Of a stretch of DNA of 64,000 nt, positions 26,614 through 39,864 are shown one piece after another. Both the position numbers and the translations under genes were made by a program. The notes below the pieces were generated by a model, which did no database searches, had not been told where the DNA came from, and saw nothing but the letters and a program-made list of their open reading frames with translations. This DNA is from Octopus sinensis (taxonomy: Eukaryota), in assembly GCF_006345805.1 (NCBI RefSeq), contig NC_043008.1, positions 72,850,001 to 72,914,000 on the forward strand, written 5' to 3'. Every line of letters starts with the position of its first letter. Within the stretch, counting starts at the first letter, position 1.

Positions 26614-28153
26614 AGCGAGAGAGAAGAGAAAAAGGAGAGAGAGAGTATATTTATTTATAGCCACTCCATCTTATAGGGAAAGTTTTATGGTAAACCTGCT
26701 GTGAAACATCAGCCCATAGCAAATCTAATTATATCCTCTGTTAATTGCCAACCTCTTTTATTTAGTATCAGGCTATTAACAATTTTTTTAATCATTTAGG
26801 ATGGAAGGCAGTGACCATGACTCTTTATAGAGCCACCATGACTAAAGGGAAGAAGGCATCTTCAAACAAGAGACCCAAATTCTTACACCACAGGTGGAAA
26901 CTGGTGAAGGCATCCAAGGTGTTAGGTGGTTAAGTTTAACTGGATGAATAACTAAGTCTACCATCTGTGTAGGCCATAGTGGCATCTGAACTCAACACAA
27001 AGAACCAAAACATACACCCCATGTTTAAGTTGGGATAAATATTTCCTCTCAGTATTAAAACTGCCTCAGTTGCTAATATATATATTTTTTTAACAAGCTC
27101 ATTGGCTGATTGTGACACTAATTGCCTGTTTTGGCTCTGTTTCTCTATATACCACTGGCAAGGAGATGAGTCACTGCTTTTTCTAGTGGTCAAGCATCCA
27201 TCATTGGCTAGACTAAGGAAAGTCAAAATCACATGATCTTGAGATTTCAGCACTAAAGATAGTGTGGATTTATCTCCCTGTAACAATATAAGCAGGAATG
27301 CATTTTGCATCAAAAGCCTACGTGAGAGTTACTCTCATAGTACCTACCACAATACACTTTCTTCTTACAGAACATCGATGTTTAAGTGGGGATGACTATA
27401 CTGCAAAATATTTGATTCAGCATTCTAACAGCTCCACCACTCTACTGCTCTGGATTAGTAAATTCTTTATTAACTCCAAAAGAATAAAAAGTGGAGTTGA
27501 CTTTGACAGGATTTGAACTTAGAACACAAGGTGTCTGAGTAAATATCATGAAACATTCTATCCAATGCACTAATGATCCTGTCAATTCTTAGCCTTAAAA
27601 TCCCAGCTTGAAGACACCAACTGTTCTACTTCATGTTTTCTATTAGATCATAACTACTTAGTCTACCATTTTGATGTCAGTATGATCTCATTGCTAGTCA
27701 GCCTTCTTTTTAGGTTACAACATTTCTTCATATAGTGTACTTTGACAATTCCTTGTCTTAATGCTTGTAACCAGTCTTCAACTGCTCTGTCAATCTCCCA
27801 ATGCAATTATACCAACAATCTTCCTCCTACTTCTTTCTTATCTATTATATACTTTAACCTTAGCATATTCTATCTCAAAGTTGTATGTTTTCTCTATTTT
27901 TATTATAGTGAACCTAGTAAGGAAACTATACATATACATAGATAGATAGATGTATGTATATATTCTTACTGAGGTTTCACAGATTAAGCTAACATCATGT
28001 GAGTGACCTAATATATAAGCTTTTCCAACTCACAGGAATTCAATTGCAAGAGAAAAAAAAATCATTAACAACCACAACACAATTTAATATCGAACTACGC
28101 AATTCAATATTCTTCTTTTCTGTAAGCAGAGTGAAATGAGTAAAAACATGGAC

Positions 28154-28190
<37 letters not shown>

Positions 28191-28347
28191 AGGTGGTGGA
28201 AGTTATATTCATGATGATGATGATAATAGCAACAATAACAATAGCAATAATAATTCTGGAAGCTCACCTGGGCTTCTTCAGGGCTTCTAAATGTTTTCTG
28301 AATTCTATTGGTTTCTGTGGAAAAGATATAGATTAGGCGAAAGAGTG

Positions 28348-28380
<33 letters not shown>

Positions 28381-30584
28381 TGAGAGTGAGAGAGAGAGAG
28401 GGCTAATTGATGTTACTTGTTCCATCCTTTACAATAATATTCTTACAATTCTACGGGCTATTTAAATGTAATTCTAATTCAGTATTTCCTTTAGTTCTTT
28501 CAGAATTAACTAGCAGCAATAGTTTGGTAAATTTGCTGAGGAGTTTCTTCACAAAGCAGTTCGTTATTATACCACTACTTCCATTTATACATAATGCTCC
28601 TTAAATCTAACATATCCTGTTTGGATAAGAATTCCAGCCTTGTCTTATTTATTTTATTGTTTTCTTTATACTTGATATAAGTACGAATTAAGGCACAAAG
28701 CTTGGCCCTGGTGTTGGCTTTCAGTACATAAATAGTATAATAAGCAAGGCTCTCAGCTACTAACTTCATGGTCATGAGTTCAAACTGTATTACATCTGTT
28801 GCTATTTTCATTTTAATGTGCCACCTCAGCAAAGTACAGAACTCAGCATACTTCAGTCTGCACAGACCCTGCTTTTCAACTGCAATGGATGGAAAACATC
28901 CTACAGTAAACAGACCACTTAGTGGTCAATTGTAAAATTTTTCTCTGTTATGTAGCTGATAGATTTCTTGCTTATATTTAATCATTAGTTATACAACAAA
29001 CTGAGAATTGATAGGTGGCACTCGTGGCGTACAGTGGATCATTTTGACCAGTTCTAATTGCTTGAAAATCACTGTATTCAGCTTTTTAAACAACTCTAAA
29101 TATTTTCTACTGCTTCCCAATTGGTGAAATGAAGAAAAGGAGCTTATATTCTAGAAATGACTGTGTTAAATACATCAAGTAGTATATCTGTAGTGAAAAG
29201 TTATAGAATATATGATAAAAACATTGTCTTTCATCGTAACGAATTTGAAGTCTTCCTGGATGCATAATTGTTATCCTCATTATTTAAAATCCATTTCCCA
29301 TGCTGGCATGGGTTGAAGGGTTTGAAAGGAGCTGGCAAGCCAGAAAGCTATGTCAGGTTCCAGCTATCTGTTTTGGTATGGTTTCTATAGCTGGATGTCT
29401 CTCCTAACACTAACCACCTTAAAGAGTGTACTGGGTACTTTGTACGTGGCAGTGGGATCCCTATATAGCATGCAAAACTAAGACCCTTAGTTGAGAGAGG
29501 GAGTAGAACCAAGGAAAGCAGCTACATGACCCCACTCTATTTAACATTCTCCTGAAAGAAAACAAAGAAATATCTCATAACATTTAAAAGGTACCTGAAT
29601 ACATAACTTCCAGAAATACCAGTTAAACCAGTAGCACCAAGACATATTTTGACTGGCAACAGAATGCTCTATCAGGTCCTAAAGTAAAACTTTAAAGTTA
29701 AATGTCAGTTAACCCAAAAAGAAACAAAGTGGCTACTAATAAGAATAGTTGAAAATAATGTGTGCAAGATTTCACAGCCCTAGCATCACTCCTTCATAGA
29801 CTGCTGATGAAATTTTCAGCCCACACCTATAGATATAGAGTGTCTAGTGAACAAATGGAGGTAGCGACATTCTGAGGTGAAAGTGAAGATTATACAGAGT
29901 CAGTGCAATGGTGTTTTATGGAGAAATAATTTGGAGTTGTAACACAACATTTCATAGAAAGTTACTAAACTCTCTGTTACAGGTGTTCTTATTCATAGTT
30001 TATGGGGGCATCAGCTGTTAGAAAGTGTATGGTGAACTTTTTATTTAATTCAATAATACAGAATTTCTATTATTTTATTACAAACTTTATGTTAAAATAA
30101 GTTCATCAAACATGAGTTTTAGTAGGAAATATTTCCACTGGAGCCAAAGATAGTGATGCACAGACAGCAGACTATTTCACTTGTTTACTATTCTGTAGTG
30201 AAGAACTATATTTTTATAGTTGCTGTGTAAATGGACACCTAGATTTTCAGAGATATTTTCTGTTTGTATGGTGCAAGTTACAGAATGTTTATAATTGTAA
30301 ATTTGACACCTTTTCCTGCTAAGCTACTGTATCAGTCATTTTCTAAATGGTGACCACCATCAGAACATCAATTAGATTACTCAGATGTGTTTTCCTCTGC
30401 TAGGAATTAAGTGAAGTTGTGAAACAATTAAAAACTCAGCTTCTTGCTTGCAAAGGTGAAAGCTTGGCTATGTAGTCGAGGGGTGTAGACATGGCTGTGT
30501 GGTCAAGGTGTGTAGATATAGGTACGTGACTGAGGTATGTAGATACAGATGTGTGGTTAAGGTGTGTAGATATGGATGCGTGTG

Positions 30585-30825
30585 AGCAGCGAGCTGGCAG
30601 AATCGTTTGCACGTCGGGTGAAATGCTTAGCGGTATTTCGTCTGCCGTTACGTTCTGAGTTCAAATTCCGTCGAGGTTGACTTTGCCTTTCATCCTTTTG
30701 GGGTCAATAAATTAAGTACCAGTTACACACTGGGGTTGATGTAATCGACTTAATCCGTTTGTCTGTCCTTGTTTGTCCCCTCTATGTTTAACCCCTTCTG
30801 GGTTATAAAGAAACAGATATGGATG
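30585..30825 (+). mobile_element. SINE family A, near full length
   Basis: gcgagctggcagaatcg...gagttcaaattcc (B-box-like), the central domain, and a gtttgtctgtccttgtttgtcccc 3' part. Confidence 0.85.
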
Positions 30826-31995
30826 TGTGCTTTAGGTGTGTAGACACAGGAGTGTGGTTGAGATGTATAGACACTGGTGAGTAGTTAAAGGGAACAAACA
30901 TAACAGTGTAGTGAATGTATGTCTATGTTGTTGGAATGAGGTTTGTAGACATGGGTAAAGGTGGTAAAGGTAGATACATATAACTGTATTGCTGTGTTGT
31001 TAAGAAGTTCACTTTGCAATTAATGGTATGCAAGTTCAATGCCAATGCATGACACCTTGAACAAGTACCTTAGATTAAAATTGGCACGAGTAAGTGTGTG
31101 TGTGTGTGTGTGTGCGTGTGGTTTTATATAGGTATACTTGATTGTTATTGCATTTCTTCATGTTGACATTACTAAGTTCATGGTGACATTTGGGTTATGC
31201 CCCTTTTATACGAAATGTTCTGTCTGCCAGAACAAATACTTTCTTGCTGCATTCATCCACTCTTCAACAACACTTCCTTCCACCTCGCAATCTCTCACTG
31301 TCTCCACATCATCTTTAGCTTCTTATCTCCCACGACTCTCTCTCTTTCTCTCTCTCTCTCCTCACACATTCTCTTACCTACATATCTTTACACTTATAAT
31401 GTGAAAGAGCATCAGATCTCCTTGTCAATTCATCCAATCATCTTTAACACTCACTCTTCCTCTCCCCCTCTCACTCTCTATCAAACCCATGACATTGCTC
31501 TTTTCTTTTCCCTTCTTCTTTTCTCCTATTACAACACTCTCAAATCTGTTCCTCCCATTATATTGTTTACCTTCCATCTCCTCTTTGTTTCAGTCATTAG
31601 ACTGTAATCATGCTGAAGCACTGTCTTGCAGAGTTTAATCTAACAAACCAACACCAGCACCTACTTTTAAGCCTGGTATTGTATACTACTGGTATTTTTT
31701 GCTTTTGCTGACCCACTGAGTTACACGGATGTAAATGAACCAACACCGGCTGTCAAGTGCTGGGGGGGGGGCAAAAATTGACACAAAGTCATGAAAATGT
31801 AAGGGATTTCTTTCAGTTTCTGTTTATCATATCCATTCTATTCATTTACAAGGATGTGGTCAGCCTGTGGCTATAGTAGAAAAGACTTGCCCAAGGTGCC
31901 ACACAGTAGGACTGCACCTGAAACTTTGTGGTTGGAATGCAAACTTCTTACCATACAGCCATACCTGTGCCTAGATATATACATATATATAAAGT

Positions 31996-32026
<31 letters not shown>

Positions 32027-32059
32027 GGAGTTAAACACAGGTGTTATTCAAATTCTTTT

Positions 32060-32150
32060 ACTTCTGACACATTTTTCGAAGATATCACTGGTATTATTCC
32101 AAAGGAATAAAATGGTGTAAAACAATGTAATATTCCCTTCAGGGAAAGGA
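32060..32150 (-). ncRNA. Decayed hammerhead motif of the extended-stem-II family
   Basis: Aligns by eye to 23107-23200 (ttcgaaga...ttcc(a)aaggaataaa...cttcaggga); core degraded to CUGAAGG. Confidence 0.45.
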
Positions 32151-32299
32151 AGAAATGAAACTCGCCTATAAGATATTGTAACAGAAAATGATCTATATGT
32201 ATAGTGATTAACTGAATGCTATTAAGTTTGTTTTAAAATAACGTTAGAGGATATAACATCAAAGGTAGCCTATAGAAAGAGGAGGGATAAAGGAAAGAA

Positions 32300-32600
32300 A
32301 AACACCATCGACCAATCTTAAATATTTTAGCAAATTCAGTAATCATTCTTGGGCAATGACTAGGAACTTAGTTAAGAATATTTCATTTAGATTGTCTAAG
32401 TTATCTGCTAATGTTGATATTTTCAATGATAAGGCTGAATTTTATAACTTTGCCTTACTTAAAGCAGGTTATACAGAGAAAGTTACTTACATTAATTCCA
32501 TTCAATCTTATTCTACCTTTACTAATGGAGACATGAAATCTAGTTGTAAGGAAATAAACGATATTAATTTTAATTTATATGCTAACAGGTATAAAGGTTA
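32300..32600 (+). mobile_element. PLE reverse transcriptase C-terminal (thumb) fragment
   Basis: LKYFSKFSNHSWAMTRNLVKNISFRLSKLSANVDIFNDKAEFYNFALLKAGY matches the PLE SNHP..I...I..RLS.LS...IF....Y..AL..SGY pattern. Confidence 0.7.
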
Positions 32601-32614
32601 TCCCTATTGTCATT

Positions 32615-32790
32615 GGAGTATTGGGTTCAATACCACCCAATCTGAAAAAAATCATCTGGAAACCTTAGAGATACCCTACAATCTAGATGTATTGCAAAAG
32701 TCAGCATTACTTGGAACTGCACACATATTGCATAAAGTACTGTCTGTCTGAGGTCCTTGTTGTGACTTGACATACAGTACAAGCCCACCC
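32615..32790 (+). mobile_element. R4/Dong-type LINE extreme 3' fragment
   Basis: LGSIP...NHLETLEIPYNLDVLQKSALLGTAHILHKVLSV*, the same C-terminal motif as at 55719. Confidence 0.7.
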
Positions 32791-33619
32791 CCACCCCCGG
32801 TAGACACAATATCTTCAATCAACAATCTCATGATATTGTGTACTGTGTGACATCTATTACCTGCCTGCTTCCACTTTGTCTCCTCTCTCTCTCCCACTTT
32901 CTGTTCCAATGGGTTCTCAGTGTTGCTGTAGGTATTCACACTATAGGAAGGCCATTTAACAGCTCTCTCTACCAAAAATGTGTAAGCCTTTTCTATTACT
33001 TTCTATGTTTGCTAAAACTTTCGGATGTTTATGGGTTTTTATATCTTTAATATGATGTGATTCCTTTATCGTAAATATGATGTAGTGTTTTATAGATAGA
33101 CTACTGTAGTTTTTTAAAACTTTAAGATGTTGTTTATAAATTTCTATATCGTAGCTATGCTAGTTCCAACTTGTTGACGCCCCTCTCAAAAATGCCCTCT
33201 TACCTGCCCCAATCCATCACCAATCATGTCAACTAGCAGTCCATTCAAGCAGCCTGTATTAGTAAACACAACAAGCCTGCTCCTCTAATTAACACCACAG
33301 TATCAGCAGTAGCTAAACCAAAGACCATAAATCTGCCATCATTTGTTGTCTAAAGAAATCAGGGAAGACAATATTAGGACATGCAGTCCTTATGGTAATA
33401 ATAGAGGTATAAAAATAATTGCGAAACTACCGCAATGAACAAGTAAATAATAGGATAGGAATTATAGTAGTAACCGTGAAATTATAATAGTGAACAAGTA
33501 TCCAAACAGTGAGAGAGAGAGAAAGAGAGAGATTCACATCCACCGGAATATATAGGTGTCAGATGCAACTCTACCTGGTGGCATCTACCAGCAAAAGGAC
33601 GTAATTCAGCAAACTTTGT

Positions 33620-33745
33620 TAGTCTATTACAGGCATGATAAAAAAATCATATGAACAAAAATGTGGAATCTATACTTGGATCCTCAAAACTACACACTGT
33701 CCAAAAAATATTTCTGCTAGGAACAGCCCACATCCTACTCAAGAC
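33620..33745 (+). mobile_element. R4/Dong-type LINE 3' fragment
   Basis: GMIKK...QKIFLLGTAHILLKTLSIQ*. Confidence 0.6.
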
Positions 33746-34155
33746 ACTTTCAATCCAATAATACAACCTAAACAAAACAACCCACAAATACAAGACACAG
33801 AGTACACAGCATTTACTCAGTGTAATTAAACTCCCACCAGCATGCCAAAATACCAAAGCGTTACACACTCAGTACACAATACAAGCCGTAACTCAAGATA
33901 AGACAGCACCACACCTTAAGAAAAAGCAAAAATAAAACAATACACTCTCAACAGGAGAAAAGAATACACAATGCTGCACAAACCCCAGCAACATGGAGGT
34001 GTAGCAGGTGATGCAGTAGAAATTTGCCTCAATCCACTAAATATTGAGCAGTTATATAACAATAATAGAGATGAGACAGTTCTATTTTTAAGAGATGAGG
34101 AATTATGTACATTATTTACATTTGACGGATATTTGTCCTCGTCTTGTTTGTTGTT

Positions 34156-34208
34156 GACACATTTTGGCTGATATACCATCCATCCTTCATCAGATGTCTT
34201 GGGGAAAT
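34156..34208 (-). ncRNA. Minimal type I hammerhead motif, decayed
   Basis: Reverse complement GACAU-CUGAUGA-AGGAUG...CAGCC-AAAA-UGUGUC; GAAA is mutated. Confidence 0.55.
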
Positions 34209-34284
34209 TTCGAACCTAGGTTCTCATTCCTAAGATATTTTTTTATGTTGTTATTATTATTATTATCATAGTTATTATTATTCA

Positions 34285-34348
34285 GGTCATGCCTAGAATC
34301 GAACTTGGGGTTAATAGCCCATGCTCTTAACCACTATGCCATATACCC
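34285..34348 (-). promoter_or_regulatory. tRNA-like Pol III internal promoter (A-box TGGCATAGTGG, B-box-like AGTTCGATTC)
   Basis: Reverse complement gggtatatggcatagtggttaagagcatgggctattaaccccaagttcgattctaggcatgacc. Confidence 0.65.
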
Positions 34349-34428
34349 ATGGTCAATTACAGAGTGAATTTTAGGGTTTATAAATCTGAGTTTGATTCCA
34401 GGCAGTGACCTGAATAATAATAATGATG

Positions 34429-34474
<46 letters not shown>

Positions 34475-34524
34475 CAACATCAAAAATACCTTAGAAATGA
34501 GAACCTAGGTTTGAAATTTCCCCG

Positions 34525-34571
34525 GAGCACCTGATGAAGGCTGGAGGGTGAATCAGCCGAAACGCTGTGTT
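34525..34571 (+). ncRNA. Minimal type I hammerhead motif
   Basis: GAGCAC-CUGAUGA-A-GGCUG gagggugaau CAGCC-GAAA-CGCU-GUGUU; stem I 5 bp, stem II 5 bp, loopless stem III. Position 16.1 is C, so this copy is probably inactive. Confidence 0.7.
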
Positions 34572-34629
34572 AACAACAGACAAGATGAGGACAAATATCC
34601 GTCAAATGTAAATAATATAAATAATGGAA

Positions 34630-35190
34630 ATAGAGATGAGAGTATCAACCATGTCTTGAGTGAATGCAATAAACTAGCAGAAAAAAGTGTAAGCACAAGC
34701 ATGACTCTGGGAAAAAGTGTGTATTGGAATGTAAGCTGAGTGTGTGTGGATTCTAAGTGACAGAAAAATCACGTGAAGATGAACCAGAGTCTGTGATACA
34801 GAATAAGAATTACAGGATTTTATGGGACTTCCCTATAATGACTAACCATACTATTGAAGCAAAAAGACCAGATACAATTACAAAGAACAAAGGAAACAGT
34901 GTAAGATCATAGACTCCACAATACTATACAATAGAATGTATACTAAAGAAATTGGCAGCAAAAAAAAGAAATTGGCGAAAAAATAAGAAAAACTCTAAAA
35001 AGTTAGAGAGAGGAAAATATTGTGGAAGATAAGACAACAATCATTCTTGTAATAATTGGTACTCTTGGCTGAAACTGAAACTGCTATCTCAGAGGCTGAA
35101 GGATATTGGATTTGAGATACACATTGTTGACTACCAGAAAAGTGCAATCTTGTTTTCTGTAAGAATCCTACGAAAGTTTCTTGAGATTTG
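34630..35190 (+). mobile_element. R4/Dong-type LINE C-terminal fragment (part of the zinc knuckle plus RLE endonuclease), decayed
   Basis: ESINHVLSECNKLA...RILWDFPIMTNHTIEAKRPD...IILVIIGTLG...QKSAILFSVRILRKFL. Confidence 0.75.
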
Positions 35191-36365
35191 ATATTTAAAC
35201 CTCAAGACAACATATTAGCTAACACATATAGCATGTAATAGTTACATAATAATTGTTTCTGCTATATGCAAAAAGCTAGCAATTTTTGATGTGGTGTGTT
35301 ACTTGATTACATCAACGCCAGGTACTTACTGGCACTTCATTTTATTGATTCAGAAAGGATGAAATTTTGTAATGCTAACTTTGATTGTATTTGAACTTAG
35401 AGTGTTAAGAGTTCGAAAAATATCCCTTGGCATTTTTTCTGAAGCTCTAGCAATTCTATCATTCCAGTATATCTCACCTTGATACAAAGTCACAAATTTA
35501 TAAATAGTAATTGAGAGGCCTGTGTATCTATTAACAAATATATTTCTGGTTCTTAGTTTACTGATATTCAAGGGATGAAGAAAAAAAAAATCAGTCAAAA
35601 TCCAGCAGGATTTGAACTCAGAATGTAAAGGGATATAAGTAGCAAGGCTTTTAGCATGGCACTCTGCTGATCCTACTACTTTGCTACCTGAGTGATAACA
35701 ACAACAACAAACTGATTGCTGACTTCCACTAATTAGCTTGAATCCTGTTTAATCTGACATGTGGCTTCATGTGTGCTCTGATGGTTATAAAGAATAGATT
35801 GCAGTTGTTTGAGTTGAGATATATATGTCTGAAAGGAACCATACATTTACTATTGTCTGTGTGACATGCTTAAAAGAACTGCATTCAGCAACATCCACTT
35901 AACATGATTCATACTTGAATAAGAGCTGATAGCCAAGACTCTTTGCTTGGTGCTGCCACATCGTAGCTATGGTTATTATTGGAATCACACCAACTATTGC
36001 CATGTAGTATATCAGACACCACATTTTAAAAGGCTTCACTCACCACTGACATGTCTAAAAGCCTAAAGCTTTATGCAAAAATGCCATTTTTCATTCCTTC
36101 AGAAAATCAAGAAGTAGGTGAAAGAAACAAGTCGGCAGTCATCCTACCCTTCCACGACCACCACCACCACCATATCCGTTTATTGAATTAAGAATGTGTG
36201 GAAAGTGTTGAGAATGAAGAATTATGGGTAACAGGAAGTGACAGGTCTAATAAAATGGTGTGTTGAAGTAGATGAAGTAATTAGCCTTTTTAAATATGAA
36301 TTCATGTATTAGGTGCGAATAACAATATCATTTATTGATTTTGTTCTGGTATCATTTGTATGTGT

Positions 36366-36398
<33 letters not shown>

Positions 36399-37789
36399 AG
36401 ACTATTTCAATCTATATACACTCACGCATTCAAAGCAGAACACAGACCATGTAGACATACACTAAAATGTATACAAACAACATAGTAAGGTACAAAAATA
36501 ATTCTATAACAGCATATATGCTTGCTAAAATGCATATACACATACAATTATATTTATAGCCAGTACATGTACACATTAAAATACACTTGCAATCTTTCAC
36601 TCAAACTTAAGTACAAATATATATACCAATAGCATGTATGCACACATTGTTAAACAGATCATATAATGTCAATATAAACAGTACATATAATTTGAGCAAG
36701 TAGAATAATTCCTCAATGCAGGTAAAGTCAAAGTATTTTCAGGGCTATATGATTAAAAATTTAACAGGAGATATGGAAACACACATACACACGCACACAA
36801 GTATATACGTACATATATAAGTGCACGTGTGGCTGTGTAGTAAGCAGCTTGCTTCTCAACAACATGGGTCTGGAATCAGACTTCTACCATAGCCTTGGGC
36901 TGACCAAAGCCTTCTGAGTGGATGTGGTAGAGGGAAACTGAAAGAAGCCTGTTGGTGTGCATGTGTGTGTGTGTTTCTGGCTGTTTGTTCTTCATCACCT
37001 CTTGACAACTGGTATTGGTGTGTTTACATCCCCATAACTTAGCGGTTCAGCATAAGAGGCCAATGGAATACGTACCAGGCTTAAAAGTAGTGGGATCAAT
37101 TCATTCAACTAAAAATTCTTCAAGATGGAGCCACAACATGGCCACAGTCAAATAACTCAAACAAATAAAGGATACATATGCATGTATATATATATTATAT
37201 ATCACTATCATCAGTTTAACATTCACATTACCATACTTGCATGGGTCGGACAGAGTTTATTGAAGTAAATATTCTATGCCCTTCCTGTCACTAATCCTTA
37301 CCTGTTTCCAAGTAAGATATTTCCTCTTGGTCAGACATTACTTTCACAGAAGATGGAAAAAGGACACTGCTTGCATGTTTACAGTGATCCCACAATTTCA
37401 AGGAAAAGGGGCAGTAACAGACACACACACACGTTTTGTGTCTAACAAATGCTATCCCCAAAACTTGAGGCATCTTTTGCAGAGTTTTCAGATTTTAACT
37501 TCAAAACTTATGTCTTTCTGTGTGTGTATATACATGTGTATATTATACATGAGTATATGTGTTTATGTGTGTGGTGTGTGCATGTGTGTGTGTATGTGTG
37601 CATATATGAATAAGCGCATATGGGGAGAGGGAGCGAGGGGAGAGTGAATATTTTCTGTAATGCACTCTGTGATAATAAAGTAAATTAAACCTTGATAATG
37701 TTGAATCAATGCAAAATGAAATTCAGAAGAGTAAACAGAACAACAGTTGATGTTTTACCTTATATTCCTTTAATATTTTGTAGTTAGGA

Positions 37790-39000
37790 CCCCTTCATCA
37801 GGATAAGTGCAGAAGTGAGAGATGGAGTATAACTATTATTGTTATTCAGATACATGAGAGAGGGTAGTGACTTGTGTAGACTGGTATTTTTTTATAGTAG
37901 CCAATGTGCTTTATGCAGTTATCATCTGTTATTTAATGAGTTTCATCATAATAATTATGATAGACTCCTTGATCTGAAAGTTACCTGTATTGCATTCCAT
38001 GGCTCTGATGGGTATGGTAAAGTCCTGTGTCTAGCACTTCAGAAAGTGTTTATTGACCAAAGTGTTTATATGCACATGTTCTTTGATGTGGACATGCCGC
38101 TTTCTGCTTGTGCTCCCTATGTAGGATGCACCACAGTTTCAACAGATCTCTTCATATACCATATAAACACTTTAGCATCTTTCAAAGTTGTTGATGGGCT
38201 TGGACCATATATACCCCATAAGTTCTGAACAGGAATTTCCTCAGGGATGGACCAGAATGAATAATCTGTGTGCCTAATCCTTCTTTGGGGATCACATGAT
38301 GAATGGCAGCAATAGTTCTGTTTCTGAAGTAAGAGAGTTTTATGAAGTACTTGACAGTCTTGGGAGAATGAGCATTCTTATGACGCTTACTTGCTGTCAT
38401 TTGGTGAAAGATGTGGGATAGCTGTTATCAAGTAGGATCTTGTGGAACTGTTTGGTGCAGTAATGCTGCAACTGTCACTTATATGTTAGATTTCATTTTG
38501 TCCAAAGGCAGCTTTGGCTCTGGTGAGCAAGGTCAATTCATGGTATGAAAAATGTCCATACTGGCTGCTTTCTTGTTAAAGCTAGTGTAAATGGAACTCT
38601 CCTCCAAAATCTTGAGCTGGAAATCAAGCAGGGTGAGGGTTTCAGATTAATCAGGGTGTGTAATCTCAACTTTGATATGTTAATCAATATTGTCAAATTT
38701 CTGGCACAACAGCTTCCACCTGGGAATAATTAAGCATTAGGATATCATCCATATACATGGAGAAAAGATGATGAAGTAGCAGGTGCTAAGCATTCTGCAC
38801 TTCCACTGCTCTATGTATATGATGACAGAGCTGATAGCCATGGAGAAACCCAGGGCCCGTTTGTACACTATGCTGTTGTATTGAATGTATAATGTGGACA
38901 TCATTGGTGCTGAGGGCAGTTTTATTGAATGGCCTTACTCTCTTAGGAATCTAGTTGAATATATGTATTGTTTTACTGGGTTATGTTATTTTCACATTCT
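37790..39000 (-). mobile_element. Decayed canonical Penelope-type element (RT motifs, GIY-YIG, HHR remnant)
   Basis: Reverse strand: YKRALGFSM, YMDDIL, TLTLLDFQL, then VYEEIC*NCGASYIGSTSR...IKEH...IKESIII; a CUGAUGAAGGG remnant at ~37793-37801. Confidence 0.75.
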
Positions 39001-39820
39001 TTTAAGTTTCAATTGTCTATTTTGCCTTGTTTTGTTTTGTACCCAGTTACTTGGTACACCTTACACATAAATGAGTATATATTGAACATTTGCATGCATA
39101 AATATAGAGTACTCAATACATGTGTAGGGGAAAATAATTTATATACGCATACCTGTGTGCATGTGTGTAATTATACACACATCTGAGTGTATGTGAGTGT
39201 GAATGAGTGAATAATTTTTTTCAGTCTTAATTTAGTGTAAATATAATGATAATGAGTTCATGTTATGCAATGTTCTGCAACTTACTGCAGCTTACTGGAA
39301 AAGGATGAAAGAATAAGCAGAGAGCAGCACCAAATCAGCCAAAGAAAGGTTATAATGAAAGCCAAAAGTACATACATGGTAATGTACAGAGAATGAAGCA
39401 CAATCTGATGGAAAACTGCTATAACCTGTTCTATAATTCATTCAATAGTATATGAACTAATGAAATGGCCAGAATGTGTGTATAATATGTAGGTACTAAA
39501 CTTACAAGATGTTGATATTGGAATGCAATCAACAGGAAAAATAATGTGTGACTTTGGTTAGATCGGAAAATGGAAAAAGTATTGGCTTCTGTTTATATTT
39601 TTACAAGAGTCATAAATGGAGTAAATTACTGAGCAATTTTATATAAAGTGATTTGTAGTGAATACTATTGAGAAGTAGAATATACTACACACACACATGT
39701 ATGTGCAAATGTTTGTGCATGTATGTGTGTGTATATACGTATATATGTGTCTGTCTATCTCTACCTGCCTACCTACCTACCTACCTACCTACATACCTAC
39801 CTACCTACCTACCTACCTAC

Positions 39821-39864
<44 letters not shown>

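Larger units (their letters stand above)
34075..34625. mobile_element. tRNA-headed, hammerhead-bearing short element in inverted (divergent) duplication
   Basis: The minus copy (34348 to ~34075) has an A/B-box head, (AAT)n and an HHR; the plus copy (34388-34625) starts at the B-box and repeats the same order. Confidence 0.8.

Noticed and set aside
26936-27313. 125-aa minus ORF; faint piggyBac-like words on the plus strand
   Set aside because: Similarity too weak to support by eye; a profile search is needed.
34285-34348. Functional tRNA gene
   Set aside because: Only the A/B boxes and a partial cloverleaf are present, the acceptor stem is poor, and it is embedded in a repeat.
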